The notes under the pieces were generated by a model. The model saw only the letters and a list, made by a program, of their open reading frames with translations. It made no database searches and was not told where the DNA came from. Shown piece by piece: positions 22,808 through 31,300 of a stretch of DNA of 32,000 nt; position 1 is the stretch's first letter, and every line of letters starts with the position of its first letter. Both the position numbers and the translations under genes were made by a program. The stretch is from Geotalea uraniireducens Rf4 (GTDB lineage Bacteria; Desulfobacterota; Desulfuromonadia; Geobacterales; Geobacteraceae), in NCBI RefSeq assembly GCF_000016745.1, contig NC_009483.1:4740001-4772000 (forward strand). Reading direction: 5' to 3'.

Positions 22808-23563
22808 TCAAGGCTTATGGAGCTTCATCCTGCCGCGCAGGCGGAGAAGCGCCTGACTGTGCAACTGTGAAATCCGGGATTCGGTCAGGCTCAATACGGA
22901 GCCGATCTCCTTCAGATTCAACTCTTCATAGTAATAGAGAGTTATGACGATGCGCTCCTTTTCCGGCAGACCGTCAATCGCCTCCGCCAGATTTTCAACC
23001 GTTTGCCGCGCTATGAGCTGATTCTGGGGGCTCTCGACACCCTTGTCCTCCAGTACGTCCAGAAGACCCAACGGGCTGCCGTCTTCATCCATCCAGGCAT
23101 CATCGAGGCTCACAAAGGAGAGAAAATGGATCTCCTCGAGAAGGTGGAAATATCCCTCCAGCTCCAGCCCCATGGCGGCAGCGACCTCTTCGCTCGTGGG
23201 ATTTCTGCCGAGGCGCTGCTCCAGGCATGAAAATTCCCGTTCGAGCCTTTTGAATTTGTCCCGGAGGGAGCGGGTAAGCCAGTCCTGTGAACGGAGCTCA
23301 TCCATTATGGTCCCCCTGATCCGCTGCTCGGCAAACGTCTTGAACATAACCCCCCGCGAAGGATCAAAGCGCTCCGCCGCAGAGATCAGCCCGATGACGG
23401 CAGCGCTCCGCAGGTCGTCCCGGTCCAGATGGGGAGGAAGTGCCGACGCTATCCTGTCCACAAGGAATTTAACCAGGGGAAGATGGGAAACAACCAGTTC
23501 ATCCCTGTCGGGAATCACGGCGCGCTGGGCCTCTTGTTCATAAGCCTTAAGAAGACAATTCAT
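22808..23563 (-). CDS. fliA: Flagellar sigma factor FliA (sigma28)
   Basis: Sigma70-family regions 2-4 are present: VVSHLPLVKFLVDRI, FKTFAEQRIRGTIMDELR, LNLKEIGSVLSLTESRISQLHSQALLRLR. The ATG overlaps the flhG stop (ATGA). Confidence 0.9.
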   Translation of the reverse strand: MNCLLKAYEQEAQRAVIPDRDELVVSHLPLVKFLVDRIASALPPHLDRDDLRSAAVIGLISAAERFDPSRGVMFKTFAEQRIRGTIMDELRSQDWLTRSLRDKFKRLEREFSCLEQRLGRNPTSEEVAAAMGLELEGYFHLLEEIHFLSFVSLDDAWMDEDGSPLGLLDVLEDKGVESPQNQLIARQTVENLAEAIDGLPEKERIVITLYYYEELNLKEIGSVLSLTESRISQLHSQALLRLRGRMKLHKP

Positions 23564-24492
23564 ATACTCTCCAATCCTGCGGCGGTCGGGAAATTTTTCC
23601 GGGAGAAAAACTGAATGTTTCCCTTCAGTCTGTTTTCGCCGCCGCTTGCCATAATCTTCCGTGCCAGGGCAGTGAAGCAGCGTGATGCTTTTGCGTTGGG
23701 ATAGAGCTGGCAGACCGGCTTCTGCTGCCTGACAGACTCCCCGACAAGGTCATCGCGCAACACGCACCCCATGTAATCCAAAGAAATATTGAGGAAGCGA
23801 TCTGAGACATTGAAAAGCTTTTCAAAGACGTTGATCGCTTCTTTCTGGTCTCTGGCCATGTTGACCAGGACCTTGAAATGCCGTTCACCGTAACGGGTTG
23901 ACAACAGCTTGATAAGGGCATAGACGTCCGTGATGGAGGTAGGTTCGGGGGAAACGACCACCAGGATTTCACGGGCAGCGACATTGAAATAGGTAACGTT
24001 TTCCGAGATGCCCGCTTCGGTATCGATAATGAAGACATCAAAATTCTCTTCCAGGCGATCCAGCTCATCCAGCAATCTAAGGCGCTCGGGTGTGCCGAGG
24101 CTTGTGTACTCCTGTACCCCCAGACCTGCGGGAACCACCTTGATGCCTCCCGGGGCGGTAATGATGATCTCATCGAGCCGCTTTTCTCCCGAAAGGACAT
24201 GGTTCATGGTAAATTGTGGTCGCAGGCCGAGCAGTATGTCGATGTTGCCGATACCCAGGTCCGCATCGATCACCAGGACCTTTTTACCCATATTGGCCAG
24301 TGTCACGGCCAGATTGACCACCACGTTACTCTTGCCGACCCCCCCCTTGCCGCTGGTGACGGAAATCACACGAATATCGTTGCGCGAGTTTATCCTGCCC
24401 GCGTACAGGCCGGCATCACGTCGGGTCATGTTGACAGAACCGGCCAGCTGCCGCAGGGTATCAGCCTGGTCCCGGCATTTCGTCGAGGTCAT
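23560..24492 (-). CDS. flhG: MinD/ParA-type ATPase FlhG (flagellar number regulator)
   Basis: The real protein starts at ATG 24492 (MTSTKCRDQ...), which overlaps the flhF stop (ATGA). It has the deviant Walker A box VTSGKGGVGKSNVVVNLA. The upstream part of track ORF 23560..25113 is an out-of-frame shadow over flhF. Confidence 0.85.
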   Translation of the reverse strand: MTSTKCRDQADTLRQLAGSVNMTRRDAGLYAGRINSRNDIRVISVTSGKGGVGKSNVVVNLAVTLANMGKKVLVIDADLGIGNIDILLGLRPQFTMNHVLSGEKRLDEIIITAPGGIKVVPAGLGVQEYTSLGTPERLRLLDELDRLEENFDVFIIDTEAGISENVTYFNVAAREILVVVSPEPTSITDVYALIKLLSTRYGERHFKVLVNMARDQKEAINVFEKLFNVSDRFLNISLDYMGCVLRDDLVGESVRQQKPVCQLYPNAKASRCFTALARKIMASGGENRLKGNIQFFSRKNFPTAAGLESI

Positions 24493-25832
24493 CTTTCGCT
24501 CTCCCGCAGAACCAGGTTTGCCAATTTCCGCGCAGTCGCCACTTCGATATCCTCCGGCACCTTCTGGCCGGTGGTAAAATAAGAAAGGGGATATTTGTTG
24601 CGCACCTGCGCATTGACGATGCAGCCGTAGCTTTCGCTTTCGTCCAGCTTGGTGAACAAGAGCCGGGTAATGGGAAGGACACTGAAATTGGCCACGATGT
24701 CGTTCATTTCCCTGTCCCTGGTGGTGGCGGAAATGCAGAGGTAGGTTTCGATGGCGGGGTGCGATTCCAGGTAGACCTTCAATTCTTCCAGTTTCTCCCG
24801 ATCCTTGGGACTTCTCCCGGCCGTGTCGATGAGAATCAGGTCCTTGTCCGCATGCTTTGCCAGGACAGTTTCCAGCTCCTTTGCCGTTGCCGCCACCTCC
24901 AGCGGCACATCCATAATTTTCGAATAGGTCTTGAGCTGCTCGATGGCCCCCACCCTGAAGTTGTCGGTGGTCACCATGGCTACCCGTGCACCCCTGTTGA
25001 GGGCATACATGGCGGCCAGCTTGGCGATGGTGGTGGTCTTGCCCACGCCGGTCGGGCCGACGATGGCCATGATCCGCGCCCCGTTCTTCTTCAGGCGAAG
25101 GGGACCGGAACATTTGATGACGTTGGCAAAGGCATCGACCAGCCGCTCCCTGAGCGCCTCGATCTCTTCGCCCAGCTCGGCCGCAGGCCTGATCAGCTCA
25201 AGGAGGGAATGAATCCCGTCTGCCCCCACCTCTTCCGAGCGAAGTTCCTTTGCAAGCAACTCCAGCGCCTCCTCAGACAGGTCAAAATCATCTGACAGAT
25301 TTTTGACAGAAGTTTCCGGAGCGTTCACTTCGGGAAAGGCGACCGGTTTGGATGCTTTCTGCTCACGGGCGGCAACCGCGTTCAACAGCAGCTTCTTGAT
25401 CTCCTCCATCTCCTCCTTGGCAAAGGTTCTGGGAGTGGACTCCTTCTCCGGTTGAAACGTCCTCACCTCTTCTGCCGGCTTTTCCATCCGGAAAACAGGG
25501 GGGGCACTTTTCTCCGCATCCTTCCTGGCAAGCGTCTCGACCCGTTCCTTCAGTTCCCTCAGTTCCCGGGCCAGGGGAGCCAGCATGGAGTTCTGAAACT
25601 CCTCCTTCGTGCTGAGTTCCCGCTCTGCCCTCTCCCGGTACGGGTTCGGGCGTGACGGCGCCTTCTGCTCCAAAGCCGCAGTCACCGCAAAGTAAGGCTT
25701 GGAAAAGAGCCCCATGATGCCTTTGCGCCGTTCCTTTTTTGAAGAAAGGATCATGGCGTCCAAACCCATTTCGGCCTTAACCATCTTCAAGGCCTCCGAC
25801 ATATCAGCCGCTTGAAATGTTTTAACTAGCAT
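24489..25832 (-). CDS. flhF: SRP-type GTPase FlhF (flagellar placement)
   Basis: MLVKTFQAADMSEALKMVKAEMGLDAMILSSKK N-domain. G-domain motifs GPTGVGKTTTIAKLAA and DTAGRS. It overlaps the flhA end by 11 nt. Confidence 0.9.
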   Translation of the reverse strand: MLVKTFQAADMSEALKMVKAEMGLDAMILSSKKERRKGIMGLFSKPYFAVTAALEQKAPSRPNPYRERAERELSTKEEFQNSMLAPLARELRELKERVETLARKDAEKSAPPVFRMEKPAEEVRTFQPEKESTPRTFAKEEMEEIKKLLLNAVAAREQKASKPVAFPEVNAPETSVKNLSDDFDLSEEALELLAKELRSEEVGADGIHSLLELIRPAAELGEEIEALRERLVDAFANVIKCSGPLRLKKNGARIMAIVGPTGVGKTTTIAKLAAMYALNRGARVAMVTTDNFRVGAIEQLKTYSKIMDVPLEVAATAKELETVLAKHADKDLILIDTAGRSPKDREKLEELKVYLESHPAIETYLCISATTRDREMNDIVANFSVLPITRLLFTKLDESESYGCIVNAQVRNKYPLSYFTTGQKVPEDIEVATARKLANLVLRESER

Positions 25833-27906
25833 TGAGACTTACCACCCCTATAGATTGGATTTTTATACTGGGAGGAATCTCGTTGTGGGAAATAACAGCG
25901 AGATTCGGCATAAAGCGTTCGGTAAGCTTTTTCATATGGCGCCTGACACCGGGCGAAGCGATAAGCACCGGCGCGGTCCCCGTCTGGTCAAATTTCTCGG
26001 CAGACTTGCGGATGCCCAGAATGATGCTCTGGGCCGTATTCGGCTCAATGGCAAGATAGCTCCCCTGTTCGGACATCTGCACTGCATCGGCTATGGTCTC
26101 CTCCACTTCGCGATCGAGTGTAAGAATGCACAAGGTATCGTCTTCCCGCTTGTACTGCTCGACGATGTAGCGCCCCAGGCTCTGGCGGACAAATTCCGTA
26201 AGCGTTTCCGGGTCCTTGGTGACCCCGCCGTAATCGGCAAGGGTTTCAAGGATCGAACGGAGGTCGCGGATCGAGACATTTTCCTTGAGGAGATTCTTGA
26301 CCACCCGGAGGACCGTTCCGAGACTGAGCAGGGAGGGCACCAATTCCTCCACCACTTTGGGGAGGGTCGATGAGAGGCTGTCCAGTAGCTGCTGGAGCTC
26401 CTGGCGGCCGACCAGTTCATGGGCATGCTTCTTGATGATTTCGCTGATATGGGTAGCCAGGATGGTGGTGTTGTCCACCACCGTGTAACCGAATAACTGC
26501 GCCCGCTCCCTGTCTTGCCCCTTGATCCAGATCGCGGGGAGGCCGAATACGGGCTCCGTGGTCCGTGACCCGTCCAGGGCGCCGGTAGCGTTCCCCGCAT
26601 CCATCGCCAGGTACTGCCCGTTCAACTCGCCCCCGCTCACCTTGGCCCCGTTGATGAGGATGTTGTATTCATACGGTTTCAACTGCAGATTGTCGTGGAT
26701 GTGAATGGGGGGGACGATGAAGCCCATCCGCTGGGCATATTGCTTGCGAATCGATCTGATCCGGTCGAGGAGCTCCCCGTTCTGCGACGCGTCCACCATC
26801 GGCACCAGACCGTAACCGACCTCCAGCTCCAGCATGTCGAGAGGCCTGATGGAAGTACTCTGGTCACCCTCTTCCGCCTCCTGGGCAACGACGCCTGCGG
26901 CCTCATCCTCAAGCACTTCCTTTTTCTCCCGCGCCATGCGCCCCAATAGAAACGACACTCCCGAAAGGAGGAAAAAGGCGAAATGGGGCAGGCCGGGAAT
27001 GAGGGCAAAGGCGAACAGTACGCCGGAAGCGACGTAAAATGCTTTCGGATAATTGAGCAACTGGCCGGATATTTCATGGCCGAAATTCTTCTCGTCGGCT
27101 GAACGGGTAACGATGATGCCCGCGGCCGTGGAGATGATAAGCGCCGGAATCTGCGCCACCAGCCCCTCGCCGACGGTCAAAAGGGTATAGTTGCTCAGGG
27201 CGGCGGAAAGCTCCATCCCCTGCTGCCAGACGCCGATGACGAAGCCGCCGACGATATTGACGAGCATGATGAGAATGCCGGCAACCGCATCCCCCCTGAC
27301 GAACTTGCTCGCGCCGTCCATGGAGCCGTAAAAATCCGCTTCGCGGGAAACCTTCGTCCGGCGGGCCTTCGCCTCTTTGTCGTTGATGAGGCCGCTCGAA
27401 AGATCGGCGTCAATGGCCATCTGTTTGCCGGGCATTGCATCAAGGGTGAATCGGGCGGCAACCTCCGCCACCCGCCCGGCGCCCTTGGTGATGACGACGA
27501 AATTGATGATGACGAGGATGAGAAAGATGACCGCTCCGACCACATAATTGCCCCCCACCACAAACAGGCCGAACGCCTTGATGACCGCCCCGGCCGCTTC
27601 TGCCCCCTCGCTGCCGTGCAAAAGGATGAGGCGGGTGGAGGCGATATTGAGCGCCAGGCGAAACAGCGTCGTGATCAGGAGTATGGAAGGAAAAACCGAG
27701 AAATCGAGGGCCTGGATGGTATAGAGGCTGACCAGCAGTATGACCAGGGAGATGGTGATATTCGCAGCGAGAAAGATATCGAGGAAAAAAGCCGGCAGGG
27801 GGATGATCATCAGGGCAAGAATGCCGATTAATGCCACCGCCATGTAAATGTCGGAATTATTCCTGAACGGTTGAACATCGATAACTTCCGCTGCCGGATT
27901 GGCCAT
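25822..27906 (-). CDS. flhA: Flagellar type III export gate protein FlhA
   Basis: 694 aa with N-terminal TM helices, the conserved FTLDAMPGKQMAIDADL motif, and a cytoplasmic C-domain. Confidence 0.95.
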   Translation of the reverse strand: MANPAAEVIDVQPFRNNSDIYMAVALIGILALMIIPLPAFFLDIFLAANITISLVILLVSLYTIQALDFSVFPSILLITTLFRLALNIASTRLILLHGSEGAEAAGAVIKAFGLFVVGGNYVVGAVIFLILVIINFVVITKGAGRVAEVAARFTLDAMPGKQMAIDADLSSGLINDKEAKARRTKVSREADFYGSMDGASKFVRGDAVAGILIMLVNIVGGFVIGVWQQGMELSAALSNYTLLTVGEGLVAQIPALIISTAAGIIVTRSADEKNFGHEISGQLLNYPKAFYVASGVLFAFALIPGLPHFAFFLLSGVSFLLGRMAREKKEVLEDEAAGVVAQEAEEGDQSTSIRPLDMLELEVGYGLVPMVDASQNGELLDRIRSIRKQYAQRMGFIVPPIHIHDNLQLKPYEYNILINGAKVSGGELNGQYLAMDAGNATGALDGSRTTEPVFGLPAIWIKGQDRERAQLFGYTVVDNTTILATHISEIIKKHAHELVGRQELQQLLDSLSSTLPKVVEELVPSLLSLGTVLRVVKNLLKENVSIRDLRSILETLADYGGVTKDPETLTEFVRQSLGRYIVEQYKREDDTLCILTLDREVEETIADAVQMSEQGSYLAIEPNTAQSIILGIRKSAEKFDQTGTAPVLIASPGVRRHMKKLTERFMPNLAVISHNEIPPSIKIQSIGVVSLNAS

Positions 27907-27957
27907 ACAAACTTTTCCTTCGTAAAATCAACGGGTTTAAAACTTCATGCATCTTTG

Positions 27958-27973
27958 TGCAACCGGTGTGCCA
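27958..27973 (-). promoter_or_regulatory. Sigma54 (-24/-12) promoter of the flhA operon
   Basis: The minus strand reads TGGCAC-ACCGG-TTGCA, a full match to TGGCAC-N5-TTGCW. It lies 52-67 nt upstream of the flhA ATG. Confidence 0.8.
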
Positions 27974-28240
27974 GCGACCTCTCTTTAAGCTATGAAGCGG
28001 CGAAAATCCGCGTTGGGTACAAGGAAAGATTTTTTCAGGAGTAAATCTGCGATTTTTAAGGGGATACATAATGGTATAATCAAGAAGCTGACGACGGCAT
28101 TTTGAATAGGGACGGGTCAACATTTTGACCGCATCAGCCAAGTTGGCAGAACAGTTCACAACGTGTCTTTTTTTGTTGATAAAATAGCCGCAAAACTATA
28201 TCTTTCTAGAGTTTTACTACATTATCGGGATGAAGGATCT

Positions 28241-29485
28241 ATGCGCTTACTTATCCAGTTACTGTTCCTGATCATCGCAGCGCTTCTTACGGCATGCACC
28301 AGCATGGTTCCGCGCGAACATCTCCCCTATCCGCTGACCAACGATGAGTTCGGCAAGACGGTCAAGGTGGTTACCGTTCCTTTGCCGGTTATCGCCTCCA
28401 GTCCCAACGAAGGGATTATCTACGGCGGACTTGCCGCCTTCCTCCTGCACAACAGCAAGGACGAGGTCAGCACCCTCCTGGCGCCCCAGGTGAACTACAA
28501 TCAGAACTTCGGCATCACCTCGTCCCTCTTCGGCTCATTCTATCCTTCACCCGACCGGAACTGGGAGTTCAACCTGTCGAAATCGACCAAGGTCAACGAG
28601 GACTATGAGTTGAGGATCCGCGACAAATCGTTTCTGGACAAGAATCTGGAGCTGAACGCCTTTCTTTTCTCCTTTACCGATGGTTCAGCGCGCTTCTTCG
28701 GCTTCCAGTCCACCAGCAGCAAGTCCAATGAAACGAACTACGCCGACCTGGAAAACGGATTCAGTGTTTCTGCCGGCTACCCCCTCTACCGCCGTATCCA
28801 GCTGGTCATCGGCGAGCGCTACAAAAAGGTCGATATCAAGGAGGGGGCCGTCACCAGCGTCCCCTTCATCCGCAGCCGGTTCGACACCACATCCGTCCCC
28901 GGCATCGACGGATTTACCGCCCATGCGCAAAAACTCGCCCTCGTCTATTCCTCCCTCGACTCCCCGACCCTCCCGACCTGGGGGGGGTATGCCAAGGTTT
29001 CCGTGGAAGCCAGCCTCAAGGCCTTCGGCAGCAGCGCCGATTACCGGCATTACGAGGTCGAGGCAAAGGCATATTATCCGCTGGCGAACTCCAGATTCAT
29101 CAGCGTCGCCCGCATCGCCTACAACCAGACCCTCGGCAATGACGTGCCGTTCCTGGAAAGGAGTATCCTCGGAGGGGAAACAACCCTGAGAGGTTACGGC
29201 CGCAACCGCTTCATCGACAGCAGCTATCTGCTCTTGAACCTTGAGGAGAGGATACGGCTGTTCCGCTGGGAAGTATTCAACGTCAGGGCGGACTGGGAGA
29301 TCGCCCCGTTCGTGGACCTGGGATCGGTGATGGAATATCTGAACAAAGCCAGCTCCAAGAGCTTCGAGTTCAATCCCGGCCTCGGCTTCAGGGCGGTGGT
29401 GCGGCCGAACATCGTCGGCAGGGTGGATATCGGTATCGGCAAGGAAGGACCGTCGGTGTTCGTCGGGCTGGGGTATCCGTTTTAA
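28241..29485 (+). CDS. Outer-membrane beta-barrel of the BamA/TamA (D15 surface antigen) type, no obvious POTRA region, with lipoprotein-type signal peptide
   Basis: Track ORF 28163..29485 (GTG). I prefer ATG 28241 (MRLLIQLLFLIIAALLTAC, lipobox L-T-A-C), preceded by GAAGGA. RGYGRNRF...GLGFRAVVRPNIVGRVDIGIG...FVGLGYPF has a terminal aromatic residue, typical of Omp85-family barrels. Confidence 0.65.
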   Translation: MRLLIQLLFLIIAALLTACTSMVPREHLPYPLTNDEFGKTVKVVTVPLPVIASSPNEGIIYGGLAAFLLHNSKDEVSTLLAPQVNYNQNFGITSSLFGSFYPSPDRNWEFNLSKSTKVNEDYELRIRDKSFLDKNLELNAFLFSFTDGSARFFGFQSTSSKSNETNYADLENGFSVSAGYPLYRRIQLVIGERYKKVDIKEGAVTSVPFIRSRFDTTSVPGIDGFTAHAQKLALVYSSLDSPTLPTWGGYAKVSVEASLKAFGSSADYRHYEVEAKAYYPLANSRFISVARIAYNQTLGNDVPFLERSILGGETTLRGYGRNRFIDSSYLLLNLEERIRLFRWEVFNVRADWEIAPFVDLGSVMEYLNKASSKSFEFNPGLGFRAVVRPNIVGRVDIGIGKEGPSVFVGLGYPF

Positions 29486-29488
29486 GGT

Positions 29489-29632
29489 ACGAGGATAAAG
29501 GAACGAGGTCCGAGGGTTATCCTTTATCCTTTGGCCTCGTTCCTTTTTCCTCGATCCTTTTTCCTCGATCCTTTTTCCTCGATCCTTTTTCCTCGTTCCT
29601 TTTTCCTCGCGCCTTTATCCTCGTCGTGCGTC
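29489..29632. repeat. Composite repeat: 14-nt tandem array (CCTCGWTCCTTTTT, about 6 copies at 29535-29618) bracketed by an inverted repeat
   Basis: Read directly. The left arm ACGAGGATAAAGGAACGAGG (29489-29508) is complementary 18/20 to both 29535-29554 and 29605-29624. There is also a local perfect 10-bp hairpin, GGATAAAGGA (29493-29502) with TCCTTTATCC (29520-29529). Confidence 0.9.
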
Positions 29633-29771
29633 CATCCTTTTTTCCCTTCATTGATCAGGCAGCAATCACCACAATCACACAATCGCTTTAATGAAGAGTG
29701 TTTCCGGTGGCCATCTCGGTCAAATTCTGCTATGAATGGCCACATCGTCAACCTATAAACCCGTGGAAACA

Positions 29772-31109
29772 ATGACCAATCTTCAAGAAACCGAAACCGT
29801 TGAGCTGAAGAAATCCACCTCCGAGCTGAAGGAGGGGGTGATCTCCATTGTGGCTATGTTGAACAAGCACCAGCGGGGAGAAGTCTGGTTCGGCATCAGG
29901 AACGACGGCGCAGTAGTCGGTCAGCAGGTTTCCGAAAAGACGCTCCGCGACATCTCCAAGGCGATTGCCGACCACGTTGAGCCGAAAATCTATCCCGTTA
30001 TCGAGCAGTCTGCGGTCGGTTCCAGGCAGTGCATCAGGGTGCAGGTCGAAGGCAAGGAGTATCCTTATTATGCCTATGGCCGGGCGTACATCCGGGTCGG
30101 AGACGAAGACCGGCAGCTGAGCGCCAAGGAGCTTGAAAACCTGATCCTGGGGAAAAACCGTGACCGGCTCCGCTGGGATACGGAGGTCTGCGACAAGGCA
30201 ACCATTGACGATATCGGGCCGGGCAAGCTGAAGTCATTCCTGAAGCTATGCGGGCTCAAGTTCGATACCATCCCCAATTCCCTCGAAAAGCTGAATCTCA
30301 TCAAGGCCGGCAGGCTCCTGAATGCCGCTGTGCTCTGTTTTGCCCGCAAGCCGGAGAAGTTCTTTCCCAACGCCAGGCTGCGTTGTGCCGTGTTCGGGAC
30401 ACTTGACACCACAGTTACCATTGGCATGAAAGACTATTATGGCGATGTCTTTGCCCTGATCAACAAGGCTGAGGAATACATCCTTGAGCATATCAACATC
30501 GGCATGCGGCTGGAGGGGATGCTGCGGGTGGATGTTCCCGAAATCGACCCTGAAGCGTTTCGTGAAGGGATTATCAATGCCTTCTGTCACCGGGACTATC
30601 GGGAGTATGATTCTGTCAACATTGCCATCTTCAAGGATCGGGTGGAGATCAGAAGCCCCGGCCTGCTTTATGGCGGGCTTACCATCGACACTATCAGAAA
30701 GAAGATGGTATCTGCCCGGCGTAATGAGCTGTTGGCGGAGCTGTTCCAGCGCAGTCATCGCATCGAAAAATGGGGCCGAGGCATCAAGATGATCCTGGAG
30801 CGGGAACCGGCTACAGAGTTCGAAGAAGTGGGAACGGTGCAGTTTGTTGCTACGTTCAAAAGAAAGAATGTGGAGGCTTTTCCGTCCATCAGTGTCGGTG
30901 AAACTACCCAGAAAACTACCCAGAAAACTACCCAGAAAATTCTTGAACTGATTGTCAGCAATCCAAGAATCAGCCGTATCGAACTGGCAGCAGAAATCGG
31001 AATTACTGCGGATGGCGTAAAGTATCAGTTGGACAAATTAAGGAAGCAAGGGATTCTAAAACGTATCGGGCCTGATAAGGGCGGGTATTGGGAGATCGTG
31101 AAAGAGTGA
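29772..31109 (+). CDS. AlbA_2 (Schlafen-like) DNA-binding domain + HATPase_c_4-like domain + C-terminal winged-HTH protein (often annotated RecG-like ATP-binding protein / transcriptional regulator)
   Basis: Track ORF 29736..31109. ATG 29772 (MTNLQETETVELKKSTSELKEG...) fits the usual family N-terminus. GEVWFGIRNDGAVVG and AFCHRDY...SPGLLYGGLT...RRNELLAELFQRSHRIEKWGRGI are present. The C-terminal ILELIVSNPRISRIELAAEIGITADGVKYQLDKLRKQGILKRIG is a wHTH. Confidence 0.7.
   Translation: MTNLQETETVELKKSTSELKEGVISIVAMLNKHQRGEVWFGIRNDGAVVGQQVSEKTLRDISKAIADHVEPKIYPVIEQSAVGSRQCIRVQVEGKEYPYYAYGRAYIRVGDEDRQLSAKELENLILGKNRDRLRWDTEVCDKATIDDIGPGKLKSFLKLCGLKFDTIPNSLEKLNLIKAGRLLNAAVLCFARKPEKFFPNARLRCAVFGTLDTTVTIGMKDYYGDVFALINKAEEYILEHINIGMRLEGMLRVDVPEIDPEAFREGIINAFCHRDYREYDSVNIAIFKDRVEIRSPGLLYGGLTIDTIRKKMVSARRNELLAELFQRSHRIEKWGRGIKMILEREPATEFEEVGTVQFVATFKRKNVEAFPSISVGETTQKTTQKTTQKILELIVSNPRISRIELAAEIGITADGVKYQLDKLRKQGILKRIGPDKGGYWEIVKE
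30903..30938 (+). repeat. In-frame 12-nt tandem repeat (ACTACCCAGAAA)x3 encoding TTQK x3 in the linker before the wHTH
   Basis: Read directly from DNA and from the translation (GETTQKTTQKTTQKIL). Confidence 0.9.
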
Positions 31110-31300
31110 TGGTGCCCCTGTCTCCGTTTCCCGAATTTGACGGAAACGATGCAAAAGTGCTGATTGGGATGGATGGGGAGTGAGGGGGAGTGATGGATGC
31201 ATGTTCTGCCGAAATGGAAAACGGTGATATCCATTCACGGCTGTTTTGGCACCGTACTTCATTTACAAATCTGTTGTCGCGTAAAATAGAGGTCTGATAG

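Noticed and set aside
23560-25113. 517-aa ORF that would make a giant FlhG
   Set aside because: Its N-terminal ~200 aa (R/G/H-rich, low complexity) are an out-of-frame shadow over the 3' half of flhF. Recognisable MinD/FlhG sequence begins at ATG 24492, which overlaps the flhF stop (ATGA).
28081-28240. Possible riboswitch (e.g. GEMM/c-di-GMP) in the long region upstream of the beta-barrel gene
   Set aside because: I could not find the conserved GEMM elements (GCAAA/GGCAAACC...GGGACGCAAAGCC) or any other riboswitch core I recognise. A TGgTATAAT-like extended -10 at about 28072-28080 is the only signal, and it is too weak to call.
29524-29772. 82-aa (-) and 75-aa (+, 29531-29758) ORFs with KKERGKR / FPRSFF periodic sequences
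   Set aside because: They are translations of the 14-nt tandem array, so the periodic peptide is an artefact of the repeat. There is no RBS.
30903-30938. TTQK x3 repeat as a functional or phase-variable element
   Set aside because: The 12-nt unit is in frame, so copy changes only alter linker length. It is recorded as a repeat feature but is not otherwise remarkable.
31160-31195. G-rich stretch GGGATGGATGGGGAGTGAGGGGGAGTGATGG as a G-quadruplex
   Set aside because: It has only three runs of 3 or more G plus GG doublets. It is a single occurrence in an intergenic region with no associated feature.
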